DNA of 64,000 nt from Candidatus Woykebacteria bacterium (GCA_040876265.1 JBBDPN010000001.1:53691-117690); one strand, 5' to 3'; shown: positions 27,318-37,550, counted from the first letter of the stretch. Notes: generated by a model not told the origin, from the letters alone. Numbers and translations: made by a program.

Positions 27318-28226
27318 TTGATGGAACGACTTGTTGATCTTCACACACACACGACACATTCTGATGGTGCTTTGAGCCCGGAAGAACTGATCAAAAAAGC
27401 CTCAGAAATAGGTTTGGCTGCGATCGCAATCGCCGATCACGAAAATACAGATGGTTTGAAAGAGGCATTAGTCGCCGGTAAAAAATACGGGGTCGAAATA
27501 GTACCAGCGGTGGAGATAAGCAGTTACCCAGATCCTCTCACCGAACATCATGTTCTGGGCTACTATATTGATTACAACGATAAAACCTTGCAAAGCACTC
27601 TTAAAAAATTACGGGAGGCCAGGGAGAAGCGAGCCCGGAAAGTCATCGACAATTTAAACGAGCTAGGTTACCAAATAAATTTTGGTGACGTGAAAGCGGC
27701 TGCTTCTGGGACAATAGTCCAGCCGCATATCGCCTGGGCGGTAATAGCCGATACTGAAAACCACAAAAAACTAAAAGAAGATTTTGGAGATATTCCCGAT
27801 ACCGGTGAATTTATACGAAAATATCTTATTCCGGGCGCACCAGCCTACGAATCACGGAAAACCCTACAGCCAAAAGAGGCAGTTGATCTAATACACAAAA
27901 CTAACGGAGTAGCGGTTTTTGCTCACCCATGTTGGACAACCGTCAAAAAAGAGGACGACAGATTAATATTTGACGATGAAAAATTTAACCTGATGGTAAA
28001 GGCCGGTATTGATGGTGTTGAGGTTCTCGCTCACCGAGGGGGTGAAGAAGATACAAAAAAAAGTGTAGAGCACTTTCTGGCTCTCACCAAAAAAAATAAT
28101 CTGTTTGTTACCGGTGGAAGTGATTATCATGGTTTTGGCAGCGCGGGCAAGGAATTAGGATTTGCAAATTTTTATCTGAAAGTTCCGTATAGTATTTTAG
28201 AAGGATTAAAAAAGAAAAGTGGTTAA
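27318..28226 (+). CDS. PHP-domain phosphoesterase
   Basis: 'LVDLHTHTTHSDGALSPEELI...AIADHEN'. Confidence 0.8.
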   Translation: MMERLVDLHTHTTHSDGALSPEELIKKASEIGLAAIAIADHENTDGLKEALVAGKKYGVEIVPAVEISSYPDPLTEHHVLGYYIDYNDKTLQSTLKKLREAREKRARKVIDNLNELGYQINFGDVKAAASGTIVQPHIAWAVIADTENHKKLKEDFGDIPDTGEFIRKYLIPGAPAYESRKTLQPKEAVDLIHKTNGVAVFAHPCWTTVKKEDDRLIFDDEKFNLMVKAGIDGVEVLAHRGGEEDTKKSVEHFLALTKKNNLFVTGGSDYHGFGSAGKELGFANFYLKVPYSILEGLKKKSG

Positions 28227-28533
28227 AGACTGTGTTTTTTGTAAGATTATAACTGGTGAGCTGGAAACAAAATTCGTCCACAGAGACGATGATGTTTTCG
28301 TTTTTCACGACATAAATCCAAAAGCAGCGGTACATTTATTAATTGTTCCCCGCGAACATATAAAAACGTTTTTAGACTTAAACGACAACCATTTTCAGGT
28401 GTTGACAAAACTGATAAAAGTGGTACAAAGATTAATACAGGACAAAAAATTAAGTAAAGGTTACCGTGTAGTAATCAACGGTGGAAAATACCAAGAAATA
28501 GATCATCTGCACTTTCACTTACTTAGCGATTAG
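28219..28533 (+). CDS. HIT family (histidine triad) protein
   Basis: 'CVFCKII...AAVHLLIVPREHI...IDHLHFHLLSD'. Confidence 0.85.
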   Translation: MVKDCVFCKIITGELETKFVHRDDDVFVFHDINPKAAVHLLIVPREHIKTFLDLNDNHFQVLTKLIKVVQRLIQDKKLSKGYRVVINGGKYQEIDHLHFHLLSD

Positions 28534-28563
28534 AAACAGATTGGGGGTGTTTTATTACATTTC

Positions 28564-28749
28564 ATGGCTATTGTAAAGGCCAGTGAGGGAGAAAGCGCTG
28601 ATTCTTTGATAAGGAAGTTTAACAAAAAAGTCCAACAAGAAGGTATTCTCACAGAACTGCGCAAACGGGAATTTTATGAAAAGCCGGCTGAAGCTCGAAA
28701 GAAAGCAAAAGCAGCTTTAGTTAGGCGATTGAAAATGAGGCAAGATTAA
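28564..28749 (+). CDS. rpsU: 30S ribosomal protein S21
   Basis: 'ESADSLIRKFNKKVQQEGILTELRKREFYEKP'. Confidence 0.9.
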   Translation: MAIVKASEGESADSLIRKFNKKVQQEGILTELRKREFYEKPAEARKKAKAALVRRLKMRQD

Positions 28750-28757
28750 TTTATAAA

Positions 28758-29219
28758 ATGACCTATAAAGTCGCCGCTTATGTTGAACCTCACTATCCAA
28801 TAAAAAAATCACTTCTTGTCCATAGCGCCGAAGCAGCGCTCACGGCGGCAAATGTCAAGGGAAAAATAGAGGTATTTGTTTCGGTCATTGGGGATCGGAA
28901 GATGAGAGGGCTAAATAAAGAATATCGTGGTATAGATGCGCCTACAGATGTACTTGCTTTTCCAGATTCGTTAGGAGAGGGCAAGGTAAAGGAGTTCGTC
29001 TCACCACCAAGCAAATATCTTAACCTTGGGGACGTTATTATCTCCTACCCACAACTTATCAATCGAGCCGCCAAGGAAGAGCTGATGGTAGATGATATGG
29101 CTCAGCTTCTTGTGATCCACGGTGTGTTCCACCTTCTTGGCTACGATCATGAAAAATCTGAAGAAGCTGCTTCCATGGAAGCCCTGGAAGATAAAGCCCT
29201 GGCGTCCGTAAAAGTGTAA
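28758..29219 (+). CDS. ybeY: rRNA maturation RNase YbeY
   Basis: 'TDVLAFPD...HGVFHLLGYDHE'. Confidence 0.9.
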   Translation: MTYKVAAYVEPHYPIKKSLLVHSAEAALTAANVKGKIEVFVSVIGDRKMRGLNKEYRGIDAPTDVLAFPDSLGEGKVKEFVSPPSKYLNLGDVIISYPQLINRAAKEELMVDDMAQLLVIHGVFHLLGYDHEKSEEAASMEALEDKALASVKV

Positions 29220-29267
29220 TCCCCACTTCATTGCAATTGCTGCTTATTTGCTGGTAAACTCTCGCTT

Positions 29268-29798
29268 ATGAAAGTGGTTGTAGGCCTTGGTAACCCAGGT
29301 GAAAAGTACTCCAATACTCGTCACAATATTGGTTTTCGGGTAGTCGATGAAATCTTAAAAACTTATCATGGTAGTCCAACCTATAATAAAAAATTTGAGT
29401 CAATAATATACTCCTTGGACACGGATAGGTTACTTTTGAAGCCGCAGACATTTATGAACTCCTCTGGCAAGGCGGTAAATCGAGTCGCCAACTTTTATAA
29501 GATAAAACCAGAGGGTCTCTTAGTGGTTCACGACGACGTTGATCTGAATTTTGGCGAGATCAAACACCAATTTGGTATAAGTAGTGCTGGCCACAAGGGC
29601 GTGCAATCTATTATCGAAGCGGTTGGTTCTGAACAATTTGGTCGGGTGCGAATTGGGGTGGGGAGGCCGAATCAGCCGGCTGGCGGAAAGATAGATACCG
29701 AAAGCTGGGTCCTCCAAAACTTTTCTGAAGATACTGGAGAAACCCAAAAGCTAGTTGAAAGAGCCGCCGAAGTTGTCGTCAATTGGTTAAAAGAGTAG
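29268..29798 (+). CDS. pth: Peptidyl-tRNA hydrolase
   Basis: 'MKVVVGLGNPGEKYSNTRHNIGFRVVD...FMNSSGKAV'. Confidence 0.95.
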   Translation: MKVVVGLGNPGEKYSNTRHNIGFRVVDEILKTYHGSPTYNKKFESIIYSLDTDRLLLKPQTFMNSSGKAVNRVANFYKIKPEGLLVVHDDVDLNFGEIKHQFGISSAGHKGVQSIIEAVGSEQFGRVRIGVGRPNQPAGGKIDTESWVLQNFSEDTGETQKLVERAAEVVVNWLKE

Positions 29799-29836
29799 AA
29801 TAACTCCAAACAATCTAATAATTTATACCCCTATTA

Positions 29837-32038
29837 TTGTTAAATAGGGGGTTTTTGCGTTGTTGGAACAATGGAGAAACAAGGTTTAACTACAAAAATA
29901 GCCTAACTGTTTTTATCGAAATTCAAAATATGGAGCAACAAGGGTTTTCTCTAAAAATTACAGAAAAGATAAATCCGATTGATTTAGCCAAGAAGTTGGT
30001 TGGATTAGGTTATGAAAAGGTTGGTATTTCAACGCCGGCCAAAGAAGGGCAGTTTTCCGTTCGTGGGGGGCTGCTGGATTTGTGGCTCGAAAGATACAAA
30101 ATGCCAGTAAGACTTGATTTAATAGGCGAACAAGTTGAAAACGTTTATCTATTTAATCCACTTACTCAAGCAAAAATAAAAAATTTAAGCCAGGTCTACA
30201 TAGTACCTTTTGGTGTTACGCCGAAACTAGCGCCAAAATGGACAAAAAAAGTGCAGTTTCCCTCAAGAGGCGGGCAATACGAAAGACTGTTTCTCTCCGA
30301 GGTCCAACCAGGAGACTTGGTCGTCCACATCGATCACGGAGTTGGCAAGTTTTTAGGTGTTGTAGGTGGTAGGTCGGTCGGGATCCGAAACGTTCGCGAT
30401 CAAACGCGACTTCCTCCGGAACGCGCGCCTTCACCCCGACAGAAACGGGGTTCAGGTACGCCCCGAAAGGTCGTGGCTAGTGATCGACTCACTTTTCCGG
30501 ACACCCTCCCGCCTTACCAAGAGGAGCCTCTAGCCCACAAAGTGGTCGCAGAGCGCGAAGCGATCTACAAATTGGATCGACCCGCCGATAAGCAGGTATT
30601 GGCTATCGAATACGCGAAAGGCGGCAAACTTTACGTACCAATTGAGCAGATCGAGCGAGTCACAAAGTATATTGGTGCCGCTGGTTTTAGACCCAGATTG
30701 AACTCACTTGGCAGCGGGAGTTGGGAGAGAGTTAAAGCCAAAGTTGAAGAATCAATAGTAAGAATTGCGCAGAATTTATTAAATCTTTACGCTCGGCGCG
30801 AACTGGTGAAAAGGCCTGCTTACTTAAAAGATACCGCCTGGCAAAAACAAATGGAAGATTCGTTTGAATTTGAAGAAACAAACGACCAGTCGAAGGTAAC
30901 TAGCGAAATAAAAAGGGATCTGGAAGGTACGAAACCAATGGATAGAATTTTGGTGGGAGATGTTGGTTTTGGTAAAACCGAGGTGGCTATCCGTGCCGCT
31001 TTCAAAGTAGTTCAAGAGTCTCACCAAGTGGCTGTTTTGGTACCTACTACACTTTTGGCACAGCAACATTACCATCTTTTTAAGGATCGACTAAAAGAAT
31101 TTCCGGTAGAAATCGAAATTCTTTCTAGATTTAGAAACAAAGAAGAGCAAAACACAACATTAGGTAACCTAGCCTCGGGGAAAGTTGATATTGTCCTAGG
31201 AACACATAGATTGCTTTCTGCTGATGTTGACTTTAAAAATTTAGGCCTGCTTATCATTGATGAGGAACACAGGTTCGGCGTAGTCCACAAAGAAAAATTA
31301 AAAAAAATTCGGGCGAGTGTTGACGTTCTTTCAATGAGTGCGACTCCAATTCCTAGGACATTGCATATGGCCCTTAGCAAACTGCGTAATATCTCTGTGT
31401 TGAAGGAAGCACCGGTAGGTAGAAAACCGGTCCAAACTTTTGTCGGAGAAGATGATCTAGAAAAAGCAAAAATGGCGATCGAGACCGAGATAGCTCGGGG
31501 CGGACAGATCTATTATCTTTATAACAATGTAGCTGGAGTTGCCAAAAAAACGGTTGATATAAATACCCTTGTTCCAAAAGCAAGAGTCGTCTTTGCTCAC
31601 GGTAGGATGGCCGAGCAAGATTTGGAAAAAACAATGGGACAGTTTTATTCTGGCCAAGCAGATATCCTGGTTTGTACAACCATTATCGGTTCTGGTCTCG
31701 ATATGCCTAATGTAAACACAATCCTCATCGAAGACGCTCAAAATTTTGGTTTGGCCGAGCTCCATCAGCTCCGTGGTCGTGTGGGCCGGTCGGACAAGCA
31801 AGCCTACTCTTATCTTTTTTATCCAAAAGGCTATCTACCGGTTGGTAATGTACTCGAAAGATTATTAGCTATATCTGGCTCGACGCAGCTTGGGGCTGGT
31901 TTTGATATAGCCAAGAAAGATTTGAAAATTCGTGGAGCCGGCAATTTGCTGGGGAAGCGGCAGAGTGGTAATATTGCTCTTGTCGGCTACGAGCTATACA
32001 TTCAACTGCTGTCCCAGCAAATTGAAAAGCTAAAATAA
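29837..32038 (+). CDS. mfd: Transcription-repair coupling factor (compact Mfd: CarD/TRCF domain + SF2 helicase), carrying a ~67-aa GC-rich in-frame insertion in the CarD-like domain (nt about 30365..30595); true start may be the internal ATG near 29930
   Basis: 'GDLVVHIDHGVGKFLGV...QVLAIEYAKGGKLYVPIEQ' CarD-like region. 'DVGFGKTEVAIRAA' Walker A. 'LLIIDEEHRFGV' DEEH. 'QLRGRVGRSDKQAYSY'. Confidence 0.85.
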   Translation: MLNRGFLRCWNNGETRFNYKNSLTVFIEIQNMEQQGFSLKITEKINPIDLAKKLVGLGYEKVGISTPAKEGQFSVRGGLLDLWLERYKMPVRLDLIGEQVENVYLFNPLTQAKIKNLSQVYIVPFGVTPKLAPKWTKKVQFPSRGGQYERLFLSEVQPGDLVVHIDHGVGKFLGVVGGRSVGIRNVRDQTRLPPERAPSPRQKRGSGTPRKVVASDRLTFPDTLPPYQEEPLAHKVVAEREAIYKLDRPADKQVLAIEYAKGGKLYVPIEQIERVTKYIGAAGFRPRLNSLGSGSWERVKAKVEESIVRIAQNLLNLYARRELVKRPAYLKDTAWQKQMEDSFEFEETNDQSKVTSEIKRDLEGTKPMDRILVGDVGFGKTEVAIRAAFKVVQESHQVAVLVPTTLLAQQHYHLFKDRLKEFPVEIEILSRFRNKEEQNTTLGNLASGKVDIVLGTHRLLSADVDFKNLGLLIIDEEHRFGVVHKEKLKKIRASVDVLSMSATPIPRTLHMALSKLRNISVLKEAPVGRKPVQTFVGEDDLEKAKMAIETEIARGGQIYYLYNNVAGVAKKTVDINTLVPKARVVFAHGRMAEQDLEKTMGQFYSGQADILVCTTIIGSGLDMPNVNTILIEDAQNFGLAELHQLRGRVGRSDKQAYSYLFYPKGYLPVGNVLERLLAISGSTQLGAGFDIAKKDLKIRGAGNLLGKRQSGNIALVGYELYIQLLSQQIEKLK

Positions 32039-32059
32039 GAAGACAGGAGGTACGGAGAT

Positions 32060-32173
32060 CGTGATTAGGTTGAAAGGTGCTGTAGCTACTTTCTACGCTC
32101 TGGTGGTAGTCATCGCCCTCGCGCTCGCCGCGTCAAGTCGGGGGCTGACCGATCTCATCAACTGGATCTTTTA
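32060..32173 (+). CDS. Candidate 37-aa hydrophobic micro-protein (GTG start after AGGAGGT), GC-rich island
   Basis: 'VIRLKGAVATFYALVVVIALALAASSRGLTDLINWIF'. Below the ORF-track size cutoff. Confidence 0.25.
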
Positions 32174-32217
32174 GGTCACAGGGCGATCATAGGTTTGATT
32201 AGAGCTAGGGAGTGGAG

Positions 32218-32532
32218 ATGAAAATCGCAGGTAGTTGGCTTGGTGTCAATCTGAGGCGCGGGGAGGTAATTGTAGGAGTGCGTGTCCTAGGGCAGGCAAA
32301 TAGAGTAATAAAACCTGCCTTTCGGTACCAACCCCTGCCGTCTTTCATGCACATTCTAGCGAGGCTATGTGATGGCGAAGAGCTGATATACGACCCTAGC
32401 CTCAAGTTAAGTCTAGACATTATCGAGAAGATGTTGTCTAGGTTAAACAAAGATCTGGGAACCGATTTCCAGCTAGTAGCCCGACAGATCAAAAAGAACA
32501 GGAAACCAAGGGTGCTTCTGGTGGGAGGATAG
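32218..32532 (+). CDS. Hypothetical protein (GC-rich island)
   Basis: SD 'GGGAGTGGAG' then ATG 'MKIAGSWLGV'. No recognised domain. Confidence 0.35.
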   Translation: MKIAGSWLGVNLRRGEVIVGVRVLGQANRVIKPAFRYQPLPSFMHILARLCDGEELIYDPSLKLSLDIIEKMLSRLNKDLGTDFQLVARQIKKNRKPRVLLVGG

Positions 32533-32611
32533 AGGCGGTTAATTGTTGACGCCGATAGTAGTAATTGGTGTATCATCTTCGTCCAAACCAGATAGAAGGG
32601 AGGTGAGAGAG

Positions 32612-32941
32612 ATGCCGACTGGGTTGGTTGCACCTACCATCAGGCAGCACATCCAACAGGCTTCTGTGGGTGACAACATCGAAGAGGAGCGCGATCGAGA
32701 GTGGCTCTCTGAGGTGCTCGCTCGGATGCAGTATCCCAATAATTACCAATTTTTCCGCCGCATTGCTGGTCGGAAAGATTCGGAGAGACTTGTCCGGACA
32801 ATCATTCGTGTTTTGCGGGGAACAAAGGATCTGAACTGGGTCTTGCACGAGGCAGAAAAAGTCTTCGGAGCAGGAGTGCCGCCGTTTCAGCAAAAGCTGT
32901 TGAGCATGATCCGAGAAGCCCAGAAAAATCACTCCACTTAG
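32612..32941 (+). CDS. Hypothetical protein (GC-rich island)
   Basis: SD 'GAAGGGAGGTGAGAGAG' then ATG 'MPTGLVAPT'. No recognised domain. Confidence 0.4.
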   Translation: MPTGLVAPTIRQHIQQASVGDNIEEERDREWLSEVLARMQYPNNYQFFRRIAGRKDSERLVRTIIRVLRGTKDLNWVLHEAEKVFGAGVPPFQQKLLSMIREAQKNHST

Positions 32942-32984
32942 CCCTGTTTTTTGCACCTAGTGCGAGGGATGGGGCTACCACTTT

Positions 32985-33374
32985 TTATTGAGGCAAATTT
33001 TCGCTGCGGTGGGGATCTTTTTCCCCTACAAAAACTATCCAGCCATCATCATGTTTTGGCCCGCATACTATTTTGTCCCCAACAACTTTTTCGCAATCGT
33101 TTCGATCGTCATGGTGAGTATTGTGTAGCAACCCTCCGTATTTATTCCAGACATACGTACCTTTTACTTCCACCTCATCGCCGATTTTTATTTCAGGGCG
33201 ATAGGCCCTTTCTAGGTTGTGAGAGACTAAAAGTGTACGACCAGAGGGTACTTTTATAACAAAGCGTTGGTGATGAGTGCCTTTGTGATCATCGCCAAGA
33301 ATTTTAAAAACTTTACCATTCGCCACCAAAGTAACACCCGAAAGCTTATTTTTAAACGCTTCTTCTACAGCCAT
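32985..33374 (-). CDS. Hypothetical protein, possibly DUF3465-like
   Basis: 'KGTHHQRFVIKVPSGRTLLVSHN...KGTYVWNKYGG'. Weak recollection only. Confidence 0.35.
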   Translation of the reverse strand: MAVEEAFKNKLSGVTLVANGKVFKILGDDHKGTHHQRFVIKVPSGRTLLVSHNLERAYRPEIKIGDEVEVKGTYVWNKYGGLLHNTHHDDRNDCEKVVGDKIVCGPKHDDGWIVFVGEKDPHRSENLPQ

Positions 33375-33461
33375 GTTATTAGTATCTTTTATTTGGAATT
33401 TTGGATCAAGTCTGGATTGCAGTTTCTAAGGATTGTAGTAAAATATTTGGGCGATGGTTTT

Positions 33462-33552
33462 TAACCCACGAACTCCGATCAGATCGGAGGAAGTGGTCTC
33501 CGCAGCCGAGAGCACTGAGAAACCTTGTGTTTTGTATGACAGAGGATGCTAT
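33462..33552 (+). repeat. Copy C of the ~90-nt conserved element, immediately upstream of dnaX
   Basis: 'TAACCCACGAACTCCGATCAGATCGGAGGAAGTGGTCTCCGCAGCCGAGAGCACTGAGAAACC...AGAGGATGCTAT'. The inner hairpin loop is CAG instead of TTG while the stem is preserved. Confidence 0.8.
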
Positions 33553-33565
33553 ATCGTAAATAATT

Positions 33566-35197
33566 ATGGTACTTTACAGAAAATACCGGCCTCAAAAACT
33601 GTCCGAAGTTGTGGGGCAAGAACATATTAAAGAACCCCTCCTAGCTTCGTTAAAGAGAGGAAAGGTGCCTCACGCGCTTCTTCTTACCGGCCCGCGGGGA
33701 ACTGGGAAGACGTCTGTTGCTAGGATAATCGCAAAAGCAGTAAATTGCGAGAAGCGAGCCCAGAAAAAAGGCGACTCCTGGAGTTTTTCAGAACCATGTA
33801 ACGCCTGCATCACCTGCAAAGCCGTGAGCAGCGGTTCACATCTAGACGTAATGGAGATAGATGCTGCCAGCAATAGGGGTATTGACGAGATACGTGATCT
33901 GCGCGAAAAAGTGAGACTGTTACCTTCGTCTGGGAATTTCAAAGTTTACATCATAGACGAGGCTCACATGTTGACCACGGAAGCTTTTAACGCTCTTTTG
34001 AAAACTTTGGAGGAGCCACCACCACACTCCCTCTTTATCTTAGCTACCACTGAACCGCACAAAATCCCAGCGACTATTGCTAGTAGGAGTACGCACTATG
34101 ATTTTAATGTACCTAGTATAGACCAAATAAGGGAAAAACTAGCCTACATAGCGAAAAAAGAAGGTTGGGGAACTCCGGAAGAGTCTTTAAAGGAAATCGC
34201 TTCTCTTGCCGCTGGTGCTTTTCGGGATGCCGAAGTTCTATTGGAAAAAATAGCCTCTTACGACCCAAAAGCAAATTTGGAAAAAATTAGACAACTCCTG
34301 GGTAAAAAAGAAACAAAAACAGTAATTACTTTTTTGAAATTTCTGCAAGAGGGAAAGGCGAAAGAGGCTCTTACCTGGTTGTCTAGTTTCGTAAGTGAAG
34401 GTGGAAGCGTTAGAGTTTTAAGCGAGTCTGTTCTAGATGTTTTACGCAAGATACTACTTATAAAGGCGGGTGCAGAGAGAGGGATTGGAGCTCTTACGGA
34501 AGAGGAGGATACAGATCTTCGAGAACTAGCGAAACAGCTTTCAAAGCAAAGACTACTTGTCCTGGTCGATCTATTTAACAAAAGTATCTCGGACCTGCGT
34601 GATGCTTCCATACCACAGCTCCCCTTAGAAATCGCTGTTATTGAAGCAACGATTGACCTAGCTTCAGAAGAACCACGTGAAGAGGAGAAGGATAAGGAAG
34701 TTACTCAAGATAGAGAAGAAATGCATACACATAAGGAAAAAACCAGAGGTGTTAAGGATAAAAAAGAAAATACCAACTCACAGAACGTTAGTAACAAAAA
34801 AGTTAGCGAAGAAGATCTATCAACACGTAAATCCACGAAATCCAGCGTTAAACTTATAAAGCGGATCGAAGAAAACTGGCCTGCTTTTTTGAAAGAAGTG
34901 AAAAAGCAAAACTCTTCAGTGGAGATGTTTTTGAGAAATGCGACGCCAGCGGAAGTAGATGAGGACTTGTTGATGATAGAGTTTCCCTACAAGTTTCACA
35001 AATCTAAGATTGAGGAAAAAAAGTATAAAGATTTGGTGGAAGGGCAGTTGCAGGAATTTTTTGGAACCGCTTTGAGGATAAAGGGGTTGGTGTCTAAAAA
35101 AGCTCCCGATCCAAAAAAAGAAAACTCAGCGGAAGTCCCGCTATCAAAGCAAAAAGACGAGGTTGATCCAGTCTCGGTGTTCGGGCATCTCGACTGA
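33566..35197 (+). CDS. dnaX: DNA polymerase III subunit gamma/tau
   Basis: '[20 protein letters not shown]...[25 protein letters not shown]...CNACITC...IIDEAHMLT'. Confidence 0.95.
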   Translation: MVLYRKYRPQKLSEVVGQEHIKEPLLASLKRGKVPHALLLTGPRGTGKTSVARIIAKAVNCEKRAQKKGDSWSFSEPCNACITCKAVSSGSHLDVMEIDAASNRGIDEIRDLREKVRLLPSSGNFKVYIIDEAHMLTTEAFNALLKTLEEPPPHSLFILATTEPHKIPATIASRSTHYDFNVPSIDQIREKLAYIAKKEGWGTPEESLKEIASLAAGAFRDAEVLLEKIASYDPKANLEKIRQLLGKKETKTVITFLKFLQEGKAKEALTWLSSFVSEGGSVRVLSESVLDVLRKILLIKAGAERGIGALTEEEDTDLRELAKQLSKQRLLVLVDLFNKSISDLRDASIPQLPLEIAVIEATIDLASEEPREEEKDKEVTQDREEMHTHKEKTRGVKDKKENTNSQNVSNKKVSEEDLSTRKSTKSSVKLIKRIEENWPAFLKEVKKQNSSVEMFLRNATPAEVDEDLLMIEFPYKFHKSKIEEKKYKDLVEGQLQEFFGTALRIKGLVSKKAPDPKKENSAEVPLSKQKDEVDPVSVFGHLD

Positions 35198-35230
35198 AAA
35201 TGTATAATAAAAAGTGCAAAGGAGGAAAAT

Positions 35231-35512
35231 ATGTTTGATAAATTAAAACAAATGTACGAATTAAAAAGAAAAGCCGATCAGATTAAAAAGGATCTGGAAT
35301 CGGAAGTGATTGATGTCGAAGTAGGAGATGTGAAGGTGCGTATAAACGCAGCCCAAAAGATCCAGAGAATCGACTTCCCAGACGGAGTCGAACCGGACAA
35401 ATTGAAAGACGCTGTCAATAAAGCTCTGGATGAGGCCCAAAAAATCGCCGCAAAGCGAATGCAGGGGATGATGGGTGGAATGGATGGGCTCCAAGATCTT
35501 CTAAAGGGATAG
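35231..35512 (+). CDS. ybaB: Nucleoid-associated protein YbaB/EbfC
   Basis: Good SD 'AAAGGAGGAAAAT' then ATG. 'KLKQMYELKRKADQIKKDLES...VRINAAQKIQRIDFP'. Confidence 0.9.
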   Translation: MFDKLKQMYELKRKADQIKKDLESEVIDVEVGDVKVRINAAQKIQRIDFPDGVEPDKLKDAVNKALDEAQKIAAKRMQGMMGGMDGLQDLLKG

Positions 35513-35514
35513 CG

Positions 35515-36114
35515 ATGATGCGACTTCCGAAATCAGTTGCTAGTTTGATAGTAGAACTCGAAAAATTACCTGGAATTGGTCCAAAGTCGGCAGAACGACT
35601 AACCTACCACCTTCTCAACGCCCCTAAAGAGTATTCAGCTAGTCTAGCTGAGGCTGTTTCGCAGCTAAAAGAAAAAACTACGGTTTGCGCTACCTGTTAC
35701 AACATTGCTGAGGCCAATCCCTGCGATATTTGTGGCGAAAATTCACGCGACAAATCAATAATTATGGTAGTCGAAGATCCACTGGATATTTTGGCGCTGG
35801 AAAAATCACGTGCCTACACTGGTCTTTACCACGTTTTGGGTGGGTGTATCGCACCGTTGCAAGGCATCGGACCAGAGCACCTGCGGATAAAAGAGCTGTT
35901 ACCGCGGCTACGCAACGGTAGTGTAAAAGAGGTGGTTCTCGCTACCAACCCAAGCGTGGAGGGTGAAAGCACAGCCATGTATTTACAAAAACTGATTTCC
36001 CCGCTTGGACCAAAAATCACTCGTATAGCGCGAGGTTTACCGGTAGGTGCCGATCTAGAATATGCGGACGAGGTAACACTATCTAGAGCAATTGAAGGAC
36101 GAAGTGAATATTAG
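35515..36114 (+). CDS. recR: Recombination protein RecR
   Basis: 'LPGIGPKSAERLTYHLL'. Zn finger 'CATCYNIAEANPCDIC'. Toprim region. Confidence 0.95.
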   Translation: MMRLPKSVASLIVELEKLPGIGPKSAERLTYHLLNAPKEYSASLAEAVSQLKEKTTVCATCYNIAEANPCDICGENSRDKSIIMVVEDPLDILALEKSRAYTGLYHVLGGCIAPLQGIGPEHLRIKELLPRLRNGSVKEVVLATNPSVEGESTAMYLQKLISPLGPKITRIARGLPVGADLEYADEVTLSRAIEGRSEY

Positions 36115-36672
36115 ATGAAAGAAAGATTGATTTTGGGACTGGTTGGGACTCTTGGAGCGGGGAAAAGCACAGTAGTTGATTATTTAACCTCCAAAGGCTT
36201 CGATTACATAAAACTCTCAAATATTATAAGAGAAAATTCTAAAAAGAAACGACTTGATAGAGGCGATTTACAAAATGAGGGCGATAGGTTAAGGAAGGAG
36301 TTCGGAGGGGATTTTTTAGCCAAAAAAGCCTGGGGAAAAATATCCAAAGACAAAAGTAAGAATTTCCTAGTAGACGGACTAAGAAATACCGCCGAGGTAG
36401 AGTTTCTGCGCACGAAAAAAGGGTTTTATTTGGTTTCAATTGATAAACACCCGAGAAGTAGGTTCAAACGGCTTAAAATTCGCGGTAGTGAACGGGACCC
36501 AAAGACTTGGGAGGAGTTTAGGGCAATGGAACAAAGAGATTTGGATGAGCATAAGGAGTTTGGTCAGCAAACCAGGGCGGTAATGAAAATGGCTGATTTT
36601 TCTATTCAAAACGATTCACCAATAGAATTTTTTCTGGCGATAGAGGATATGGTGAAGAAATTAACCAGTTAA
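36115..36672 (+). CDS. P-loop nucleoside/nucleotide kinase-like protein (dephospho-CoA kinase / dNMP kinase-like)
   Basis: Walker A 'GLVGTLGAGKSTVVDYL'. Length 185 aa. Confidence 0.55.
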   Translation: MKERLILGLVGTLGAGKSTVVDYLTSKGFDYIKLSNIIRENSKKKRLDRGDLQNEGDRLRKEFGGDFLAKKAWGKISKDKSKNFLVDGLRNTAEVEFLRTKKGFYLVSIDKHPRSRFKRLKIRGSERDPKTWEEFRAMEQRDLDEHKEFGQQTRAVMKMADFSIQNDSPIEFFLAIEDMVKKLTS

Positions 36673-36746
36673 GGGGTTGGTGAGGCCGTGTCCTACGGGT
36701 ATCGCTAGTGCTGCGAAACCCTTCGAAGACGGCCTCAATCGAATAG

Positions 36747-37550
36747 TTATGGCAGACGGAAAGTGTCGAAGTCGAAGAGACCTCCCGTCATAAGCTCGAT
36801 AATTTTCCTCACGCCCTCATCCTTCTCCAGGCGGTCATCAGAGAACATCTTTCCTTCGCCCATGTACTCCAAGATCCGTATCGTACCCGCCTCATCGTAG
36901 AACTTCTCCTGGAGACTCTGTCTTGTCCTTGCAACAGCAAGATGAGAAGCTCCGAAAAGAAGAATCATTTGACGTCCGCGGATAAGCTCCATCGCTAGCT
37001 TTGCTAGGTCGCGGATGTGGGTATTGATCCTTACTATCAGAGTACGGTGACAGGTGGTATATTTGACCGCCAGAGCTCTGACCATCAGGTTGGTGATCGC
37101 CTCCAGAACCGTTTGGATCCGCTCGTCAAAAAAGCCTTCCTCGGAGCTCAGGTCCGGATTAGCCGTAATTGTGAAGTCAGTTCGTGGTTGCGGTAGTGAT
37201 TCGTAAGACTCGGGACAACCCAGAAGAAACGACCGGACATCATCAGGGAGACTGGTCATTAGGTCGGCGACGTCAATACTCTCCCAATAGATCTCTGAGA
37301 GTAGGGAGGAGTATTGCCGGTAGAGCTCCGTTTCGGCGGATAGATCTCCATCCCGGACCGCTTTCGTCAGGTTGAATATTTTACCGCCAAAGCCGAAGCT
37401 TTGTTCAGCAACTTTCCTCGACCGCTCCTGGTAAACAGGATGCTCGACGACCGAACGGCTGTCTGATCGAGAAAGTTGGCGAGCGTGATCAGCCAGTATA
37501 TCGAGTATCACGTCTCTGTCTAGGATAGGTGTGTATTGTAATGTGCGCAA
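36747..37550 (-). CDS. Hypothetical protein (267 aa) occupying a GC-rich island
   Basis: Long clean ORF, no recognised motifs. GC clearly above the flanking recR/yqeY region. Confidence 0.4.
   Translation of the reverse strand: MRTLQYTPILDRDVILDILADHARQLSRSDSRSVVEHPVYQERSRKVAEQSFGFGGKIFNLTKAVRDGDLSAETELYRQYSSLLSEIYWESIDVADLMTSLPDDVRSFLLGCPESYESLPQPRTDFTITANPDLSSEEGFFDERIQTVLEAITNLMVRALAVKYTTCHRTLIVRINTHIRDLAKLAMELIRGRQMILLFGASHLAVARTRQSLQEKFYDEAGTIRILEYMGEGKMFSDDRLEKDEGVRKIIELMTGGLFDFDTFRLP

Noticed and set aside
30365-30595. Intein in mfd
   Set aside because: The insertion is only about 67 aa and lacks intein blocks A/B/F/G (no Cys/Ser at +1, no terminal HN). It is better explained as an in-frame repeat-element insertion.
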